NCBI GenBank assembly: GCA_963768615.1
Contig: CAVYIE010000007.1
Location: forward strand, 1,356,648 to 1,420,647
Origin: Candidatus Eiseniibacteriota bacterium
Lineage (GTDB): Bacteria > Eisenbacteria > RBG-16-71-46 > JABDJR01
Reading direction: 5' to 3'
Length of the DNA: 64,000 nt
The stretch's first letter is position 1. The number at the start of each line of letters is the position of its first letter. This document shows, piece by piece, positions 57,933 through 64,000 of the stretch. Below the pieces are notes generated by a model. The model had not been told where the DNA came from, made no database searches, and was given only the letters and a program-made list of their open reading frames with translations. The translations under genes and the position numbers were made by a program.

Positions 57933-60632
57933 CTAACCGATCTCCTCCACCAGCCTCCGCTCCACCGCGGGGAGGGTGTGGACCTGCTCGTACCGCCCCC
58001 ACTTCTCGCGGTAGACGTAGGAGGGCGGCGCCCCGGAGGCGATCCGCTCCCGGAGCGGGGCCAGGGTGGCTGCCGCCCCCGCGGCGTCGCCGGCCGCGGC
58101 CTGGGCCTTGGCCTTCACGATCACGGCCAGGTCGCACCAGGGACCGGAGGCCAGCGCCTTCTCCGCCTCGGCCAGCGCCGCCGATGCGTCGCCCCGGGCC
58201 AGGGCCACCCAGCCGGAAAGGGCCAGGGTGTTCGGATCCCCGGGGTCCAGGAGCAGCGCCGCCTTCACCTGCTCCTCCGCCCGGTCGGTCTCGCCGGCCA
58301 GGAGCAGGTCCCGGGCGTAGTCGTTCCGCAGGTCCACCACCCCGGTCCGAAGCCGCACCACGTCCTCGTAGCGCTTCCAGGCCTCGGCGGCGTTCCCGGC
58401 CAGGGCCGCGGCCGAGGCCATTCCCCAGATCCCCTCCGGGTTGTCCTTCTGGTAGTCGAGCACCCGGGCGTAGGCCTCCCGGGCCTCCTCCGCCTTCCCC
58501 GCGCTCCACAGGTAGCCGCCCAGCCCCTGGTCCACCTGCCAGCGCTCCTCCTCGCGCACCGCGTCCCGCCCCTCCCGGAGGGCGTCGATGGCGCTGTCCA
58601 GGCCCCGTCCGGCCATCCGCAACGCCGCCGCCTTGCGGAGCAGCAGCGAGGCGCTGGCCGGGTCGGCGGCCGAGGCCCGCTGGGCCAGGTCCAGGGCGGC
58701 CGAGGCGCTGTCGGCCACCTCCAGGGCGAAGACCAGGGAGCCGGTGGCCGACTCCTCGCCCGGGGTCCGGGCCAGGGCCTTCCGGTAGGACTCGATGGCC
58801 TCCCCGGGGCGGCCGCGCTCCAGGGCGTCGTCCCCGCGGTTGGCGTAGCCCACCGCGTAGCAGCTCTCCACGTCGGCGCCGGTCATGAACCGCTGGACCA
58901 GGGCCTTCAGGGCGGGGTCCTTGGCGTCCAGGCGTTCGAGGACGATCTCCCGGGTGTCGTAGCGGTCGAAGCGGGGCGACTCCAGGGCGTTGGCCCCCTC
59001 GGCGAAGTACTCCCACACCGAGCCTCCGGCGTAGCGGGAGAGGAAGGCGTCGGCGCCCCCCTCCTCGCGCTCCTTGGTCTGCCGGTAGAGCTCCTGGATC
59101 TCGCGCTTCCCGGCCGCGGGGAGCACCCCGTGGACCTGGTGGGTGAGCTCGTGGAGCACGGTGTTGTAGCGGTCGTGGATGGTCCGCTCCACGTCCTCGA
59201 CCCCGGTCACGGTGTGGTAGCCGCCGCAGCCGCGCACGTCGTCCCAGAGCCGGGAGTCGTAGTTGATGCGCAGGTCCCGCAGGGTCTCCTGGCCCGGGGT
59301 CTCGGACAGGAGCTCGTAGAGCGGCTTGATGTAGTAGGTGGCGCCGGACTCGATGAGCACCGGGACGTAGCGCTTCCAGGGCTCGATGGAGAGGGCGACC
59401 CGCTTCTGGTGGCGCGGGCTCAGGGAGTTCCAGTTGACCACGAAGGTCTCGATCCCGGGGACGTCGGGCATGGGGGTGGCGGCGAAGCGCCGCTCGTACT
59501 CGGGGAGGTGCGCCTCCACCGCCAGCCGCTTGGCCTCCAGGGCCTTGGCCAGGCCGTTGTGGGCCCGCCCGTACTCGGGGCAGGCGGCCAGGGACTGCAT
59601 GAAGTCGTCCCGGGCCCGGTCGTAGCGGCCGAGCTCCCACTCCAGGGAGCCCAGCCGGGTGAGCACGTCGGCCCAGGCCGGGTAGCTCAGGTGCAGGGCC
59701 TGGTAGTGGCGGCGGGCGCCGGAGAGGTCGCCCCGGGCCAGGAGGGAGTCGGCCCGGGCCAGGGCCTCCCGCCCGCGCGCGTCGGCGAAGCTCTGCGGGT
59801 AGGCGGCGAAGAGCTGGGTGTAGTTCTTGCGCGCGTAGCCGTTCCCCAGCATGTAGTGGGCGCGCTCGTGGTAGACGTCCACCCGCACCGCCAGCTCGTC
59901 GGCGTCGATGGCCTCGTCGGTCCGCCCCAGCCGGATCAGGGTCTGGGCCAGGTCGTCGAGCAGGTCGGGGTCGGGATCCGAGAGGGCCAGGGCCCGGGTC
60001 AGGTAGTCCAGGGAGGCGTCGAAGTCCCGCTGCCGGTAGACGGTGGTCCCCAGCCCGGCCAGGGCCCGGGCGCTGTCGGCGGCGGTTCCGGCCGCGGCCA
60101 GGGCGGCCTCGAATCCCGACCGGGCCGCGTCGTAGTCCATGAGCTGGGCCCGGAGCTCCGCCTTCATCAGCCGGTCGGCCTCGGTCATGTCCCCCGCCTT
60201 CTCCCGGACGGAGAGGGTGGAGTCCACCTTGCCCAGGTCGGCGGTCACCTCCCACCAGCGGTAGACCAGCCGGCGGGCGTGGGGGTCGTCCGGCGCCTCG
60301 GCCTGGAGGTCGGCGATGACCGGACGGAGGGCCTCGAAGTCGAAGACCGCGAACAGAGCCTCGGCCGCCGCCGCCTTCCCCTCCGGACCCAGGGCCAGGA
60401 GCTTCGGCACCTGCTCCGCGGCCGCGTCCTGGTGCCCGGTCTGGAGCAGGAGCGGCGCCGCCTCCAGCGGGTCCGGGGCCCGGTCCAGCCGGGCCTGGGC
60501 GGCGTCCATCTTCGCCCGCACCGGGACCAGGAGGTCCTCGGCGTGGACGGAGGCCGGTGCCAGGGTGAAGGAGGCGGCAAGGAGGATGGCGAGGGCGGCC
60601 GGCGCCGCCCCGCGAAGGTCGGAGGCTCTCAC
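57933..60632 (-). CDS. Secreted TPR protein with central HExxH zinc-metallopeptidase domain (ATLF/PPEP-like)
   Basis: Signal peptide, TPR arrays on both sides of WDDVRGCGG...VLHELTH...SRYA...EYFAE. Confidence 0.8.
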   Translation of the reverse strand: MRASDLRGAAPAALAILLAASFTLAPASVHAEDLLVPVRAKMDAAQARLDRAPDPLEAAPLLLQTGHQDAAAEQVPKLLALGPEGKAAAAEALFAVFDFEALRPVIADLQAEAPDDPHARRLVYRWWEVTADLGKVDSTLSVREKAGDMTEADRLMKAELRAQLMDYDAARSGFEAALAAAGTAADSARALAGLGTTVYRQRDFDASLDYLTRALALSDPDPDLLDDLAQTLIRLGRTDEAIDADELAVRVDVYHERAHYMLGNGYARKNYTQLFAAYPQSFADARGREALARADSLLARGDLSGARRHYQALHLSYPAWADVLTRLGSLEWELGRYDRARDDFMQSLAACPEYGRAHNGLAKALEAKRLAVEAHLPEYERRFAATPMPDVPGIETFVVNWNSLSPRHQKRVALSIEPWKRYVPVLIESGATYYIKPLYELLSETPGQETLRDLRINYDSRLWDDVRGCGGYHTVTGVEDVERTIHDRYNTVLHELTHQVHGVLPAAGKREIQELYRQTKEREEGGADAFLSRYAGGSVWEYFAEGANALESPRFDRYDTREIVLERLDAKDPALKALVQRFMTGADVESCYAVGYANRGDDALERGRPGEAIESYRKALARTPGEESATGSLVFALEVADSASAALDLAQRASAADPASASLLLRKAAALRMAGRGLDSAIDALREGRDAVREEERWQVDQGLGGYLWSAGKAEEAREAYARVLDYQKDNPEGIWGMASAAALAGNAAEAWKRYEDVVRLRTGVVDLRNDYARDLLLAGETDRAEEQVKAALLLDPGDPNTLALSGWVALARGDASAALAEAEKALASGPWCDLAVIVKAKAQAAAGDAAGAAATLAPLRERIASGAPPSYVYREKWGRYEQVHTLPAVERRLVEEIG

Positions 60633-60800
60633 GGGCGGTTCTCCCCGGGCCGCGCGGCCCGCGGCCCTGGAAACGAGGTACGGGCAGCCGGGCCGGGAAA
60701 GGCGCCGAGGGCGGCGCGCTCCGGAGGCTGCGAAGCGAGGGGTCCGGGCATTATACGGATTCGGAACGCCGGTGCATCCCCCGGCCGGAGCCGGTCCGGG

Positions 60801-63356
60801 TCACCGCGGCCGGCGGACGGGAAAGCCGAGGGACAGGGTCCAGAGGTCCCGCCCGTCCCCGGTCCGCCCGTAGGCGACCTCCAGCGGTCCGGCGGGAAGG
60901 GAGACCCGGAGCGCGGCCCCGTAACCGAAGATGAGCCCATCGGGACGGATCGCTCCCCACTCCGGCCACGCGCCCCCCACCTCGGCCAGGAGCCGGACCG
61001 CCACCGGCCCGGGGAGGCCCAGCTCCTGGTAGAGGCCGGCGGTGCCGAGGGCGTTTCCCAGCAGCTCCTCCTCGTGGAGCCCGGCCAGGCTCTCCGGCCC
61101 CCCGGCCCGGAAGGCGCGGGCGGGAGGGAGCGCGGGCGCGTTGGCGGCGAGGTCCAGCCGCCCGCCCAGCGTCCCCCCCAGCGGGCCCGGAACGCGGCTC
61201 CGGAGATGCGCCTCGCCGTGGCGGAAGGCCCGCTCCCCGCCCAGGGCGGCCCAGCCCTGCTCCAGGACGGCGGTGAGGTCCAGCCCCCGGCGGCGCCCGG
61301 CGTCCTCGCCGCCGTTCAGGTAGAACCCCTGGGCCACCGCGGAGAAGAAGCGTTCCCGGTCCTCGGGGTACCCGCCCCCGGGGAAGGGCTCGTTCTCCGT
61401 CCACTCCCAGCGCGGACCCAGCTCCACCAGGGTGTGGCGGCCGGAGAGCCAGCCGAAGTGGAAGGCGTCCACTCCCAGCCGCCGCACGGTCAGGGTGCCG
61501 GTCTCGCGCTCCCCGCGATAGCGGCGAAGGTCGTCCTCGAACCCGTAGACGCGGGTGCGCTGGGTCCAGTGCTTGGGGAGGAGGTAGGGGGTGCGCCCCT
61601 CCAGGACCGCGTAGCGCCGACGGTCCCCGATCAGGGCCTCGGCGGTGGCGGTGCTGGCCGTGCGCCACACGTTCACGTTCTGGAGCCGGATGAAGCCCTC
61701 CCAGCCGCGATCGGTGTCCACCCGCACTCCGAGGCCGGTCTCCCAGGCCGGGGCCTCGGTGACCCGGATCACCACGTCCAGGCGGCGGCCGGGAAGCCGG
61801 TGCAGCTCCAGGCGGACCGAGTTGAACCGGTCGCTGCTGTTCACGTTGCCGAGGCTCCGGACCGCCTCGGTGGTGCTCCACCGGTCCCCCTCGGCGATGG
61901 TGAGCTCCTGCCGCACCACCCTGGGTTCCAGGTTCCGGAGCCCCTCCACCCGGATGCGGCCGATCCGCTCGTCGCCGAGTGCGGTGCGGACCCGGGCCCG
62001 GAAGGCACGGCGGGCGGCCAGGTTCTCCTCCAGCCAGGCGCGCGGGATTCCCAGCGAGTCGCACACGGCCAGGAGCCGGGGAACGGCGGCGCGGCCGGCG
62101 CGGTACCCCCAGGCGACCAGGCTGTCGGCGCGGCCGAAGGCGGTGGTGCGGGTGAAGCCCAGGTCGGGTTGGACGAGGAGATCGGCCTGGTCGTTGGTCT
62201 TGTCCTTGGTCTGCTGGTTCAGGATCTCCAGGGTGCGGGCGGCGATGGTGAGGGGGCCGAGCGAGGCCGGCTCGGCCCGGAGCGGGGTGCCCACGTCCAC
62301 CCCCACCACCGCCCGGGCGCCCAGGTCCCGGGCGGCGAAGACGGGGAAGTTGTCGATGATCCCCCCGTCCACGGCCAGCAGCGAGTCCAGCACCACCGGC
62401 TTGAACACCAGCGGCACCGCGCTGCTCGCGGCCATGGCCCGGCCCACCGAGCCCGAGCCCAGGAAGACCAGCTTGCCGCTCCGGAGGTCGGCCACCGCGG
62501 CCCGGAAGGGCATGGCCAGGGAGTCGAAGTCGGCCCCGGCCAGGTACTCCGCGGGGAGGGTGAGCCGGGCGTAGAGCTCCTCGGCCTGGGCCGAGCCGGC
62601 CAGGGACTCGGTCACCTCCACCGGGCGCTCCCCGAACCAGCGCAGGGTGAGGAGGCCGGGCCTCTGGTCCAGGGCCTGGAGCACGTCGACGTAGCGCCGC
62701 CTGGAGCCGATGGAGAAGAAGCCGTCCCAGTCGATGGACCGGGCCAGGGAGTCCATCTCCGCCGGGGACCATCCGCAGGCGTAGAGGCCACCCACCACCG
62801 CGCCCATGCTGCAGCCGACGACCAGGTCCGGCGCGATGCCCGCCTCCTCCAGGGCCCGCAGCACCCCGATGTGGGCCAGGCCCCGGGCGCCGCCGCCGCT
62901 GAGCACGATCCCCAGCATGGGGGGGCGCGACTCCTGCACCGGGTAGAGCTGCACCGGCTCCGGGGCGGACCGGAGGGTGTCGGGGGGCACGACCACGGTG
63001 TCCCCGGAGGTGGGTTCGTTGGATGGGGGCGCGGCCGTTTGCCGGGGCGCGGCCGTTTGCCGGGGCGCGGCCGTTTGCCGGGGCGCGGCCGTTTGCCGGG
63101 GCGCGGCCGTTTGCCGGGGCGCGGCCGTTTGCGGGGGCGCGGCCGAGGCTCCGCGCGAGGTGGCCGGGAGGGCGAGGAGGATGAGGGCGGCGGTGGTGAG
63201 GGCGGCGGTGGTGGCGGCGGTCGCGGCAGCAATGACGACGGCGGTGGCAGCGGTCGCGGCGAGGGTCGCCGCCCTCCGGATCCGGCCGGGTTTCCGGCCG
63301 GGTGGCCGTCCGGCCGCGATGGACCCTTCGCGGTATTGATCCCCACGCCCCTTCAT
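60801..63356 (-). CDS. Patatin-like phospholipase-POTRA-beta-barrel protein (PlpD/type Vd-like)
   Basis: LSGGGARGLAHIG, GCSMG, DGG, POTRA-like IRVEGLRN, C-terminal barrel; start codon uncertain. Confidence 0.88.
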   Translation of the reverse strand: MKGRGDQYREGSIAAGRPPGRKPGRIRRAATLAATAATAVVIAAATAATTAALTTAALILLALPATSRGASAAPPQTAAPRQTAAPRQTAAPRQTAAPRQTAAPRQTAAPPSNEPTSGDTVVVPPDTLRSAPEPVQLYPVQESRPPMLGIVLSGGGARGLAHIGVLRALEEAGIAPDLVVGCSMGAVVGGLYACGWSPAEMDSLARSIDWDGFFSIGSRRRYVDVLQALDQRPGLLTLRWFGERPVEVTESLAGSAQAEELYARLTLPAEYLAGADFDSLAMPFRAAVADLRSGKLVFLGSGSVGRAMAASSAVPLVFKPVVLDSLLAVDGGIIDNFPVFAARDLGARAVVGVDVGTPLRAEPASLGPLTIAARTLEILNQQTKDKTNDQADLLVQPDLGFTRTTAFGRADSLVAWGYRAGRAAVPRLLAVCDSLGIPRAWLEENLAARRAFRARVRTALGDERIGRIRVEGLRNLEPRVVRQELTIAEGDRWSTTEAVRSLGNVNSSDRFNSVRLELHRLPGRRLDVVIRVTEAPAWETGLGVRVDTDRGWEGFIRLQNVNVWRTASTATAEALIGDRRRYAVLEGRTPYLLPKHWTQRTRVYGFEDDLRRYRGERETGTLTVRRLGVDAFHFGWLSGRHTLVELGPRWEWTENEPFPGGGYPEDRERFFSAVAQGFYLNGGEDAGRRRGLDLTAVLEQGWAALGGERAFRHGEAHLRSRVPGPLGGTLGGRLDLAANAPALPPARAFRAGGPESLAGLHEEELLGNALGTAGLYQELGLPGPVAVRLLAEVGGAWPEWGAIRPDGLIFGYGAALRVSLPAGPLEVAYGRTGDGRDLWTLSLGFPVRRPR
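63026..63145. repeat. 18-bp in-frame tandem repeat (~6.7 copies) encoding (PRQTAA)n
   Basis: GGGGCGCGGCCGTTTGCC repeated, last full copy with one change. Confidence 0.95.
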
Positions 63357-63454
63357 GCCTTCGAGCCTACAGCGTTTCCGGGTGGGCGGCGACGGGGCGC
63401 CGGGCGTCCCGGGTTCCCCCGGGTGTCCGTCGCGCCGGGCGGCCGGAGTTGCTT

Positions 63455-63580
63455 CCGGGTAGACATTTTTCTTGGTCGCTCGCCTTGGACTTCCTTGGAT
63501 GCGGCCCGTTCCCTGGGGAACAGCCCTGTGTTCGACTTCAGCTGGCACGCCCGGCGTGATGGGTGTGCACCCGGGTACAC
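63455..63580. repeat. Dispersed intergenic repeat, copy B, bounded by CCGGGTAGAC / CCGGGTACAC motifs
   Basis: Homologous to 55873-55953; near-palindrome GTGCACCCGGGTACAC at 63565-63580. Confidence 0.7.
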
Positions 63581-63629
63581 CGCCGCCGGTCGCCAGGGGA
63601 CCCGGCTTCCCCGGAGGAGCGATCGGGGG

Positions 63630-63670
63630 AAAAAGAAACAGGGCCGGGTGGACGAAGTCCCCCGGCCCTG
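63630..63670 (-). terminator. Intrinsic terminator
   Basis: Stem CAGGGCCGGG/CCCGGCCCTG followed on the minus strand by TTTCTTTTT. Confidence 0.8.
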
Positions 63671-63707
63671 GCCCGTGAGCCGCTCCAGGCTCACGACTGC
63701 TGTGAAC

Positions 63708-63743
63708 CTAGAGCGGCCTCCTTAGGCACGTACTACTGTTCAT
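63708..63743 (-). CDS. Putative 11-aa small ORF MNSSTCLRRPL
   Basis: GGAGGTG-7 nt-ATG, TAG stop, then a hairpin and the terminator. Confidence 0.4.
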   Translation of the reverse strand: MNSSTCLRRPL

Positions 63744-64000
63744 AGGCAGACACCTCCCCCGCCATCGTCGGCGGCACCCCGCTCGACGCGCGTCTCTGCG
63801 ACCACGCGTTCGGCGCCATGCCGGGCGCGCGCGGCGCGCATCGGCTGTCCGGGGTGTTCGGAATTGGTTCGGTAAGCACCCGAACCCGGGCCTGCCACCG
63901 GGGAAGGGGAGGTTCCCTAGCGAACCTCGACCCTACGAGCCCGTTCCCGGGGCCTCCATCCTGGGAAGCCCGCCCCGGCGGTACGTATCCGAAAAATCGT

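Noticed and set aside
57930-57935. TAG directly followed in frame by the ggt GTG (possible pyrrolysine or readthrough fusion)
   Set aside because: ggt has its own SD (GGAGGAG, 9-nt spacing); ordinary translational coupling explains it
56445-63725. 2426-aa plus-strand ORF
   Set aside because: Antisense shadow of three minus-strand genes that happen to share one codon register; high GC3 removes antisense stops and there are no domain motifs

Overview
Very GC-rich bacterial chromosomal window, most likely a diderm: it encodes outer-membrane beta-barrels and lipoproteins, and a C-terminal 'TWGxIKALY' motif hints at a Latescibacterota/Krumholzibacteriota/Eisenbacteria-like lineage (inference). 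It holds about 52 real genes; most long ORFs in the track are antisense or off-frame shadows. Housekeeping and metabolism: mazG (3' end), crcB, rsgA, MoeZ, selD, transaldolase, bacterioferritin-like protein, alr, a complete 2-oxoacid dehydrogenase cluster (lpdA-E1a-E1b-E2-lipB-lipA), a sugar ABC importer and ggt. There is also an OPT transporter and many peptidases. Features the ORF track misses or does not explain: (1) two UGA-recoded selenoproteins with SECIS-like hairpins, SelD (GUACK) and a DCC/DUF393 oxidoreductase (DGGUGFC); (2) a coupled four-gene DUF6754 membrane operon whose subunits look like pseudo-symmetric pairs with inverted topology, a candidate undescribed transporter or membrane complex; (3) a sensor kinase-like protein with a seven-repeat FG-GAP propeller, paired with an ATPase-degenerate NtrC-like regulator; (4) an SBP-kinase-bEBP operon with readable tandem enhancer sites and a sigma54 promoter driving a TPR lipoprotein; (5) a secreted TPP II-like subtilase and a TPR-flanked PPEP/lethal-factor-like metalloprotease; (6) non-coding palindromic and repeated elements and an 11-codon ORF with a strong SD and a terminator. 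Six genes carry apparent frameshifts, four in G/C homopolymers, probably long-read assembly errors. No rRNA, tRNA, CRISPR array or transposase was recognised. All calls were made by eye, without database searches.
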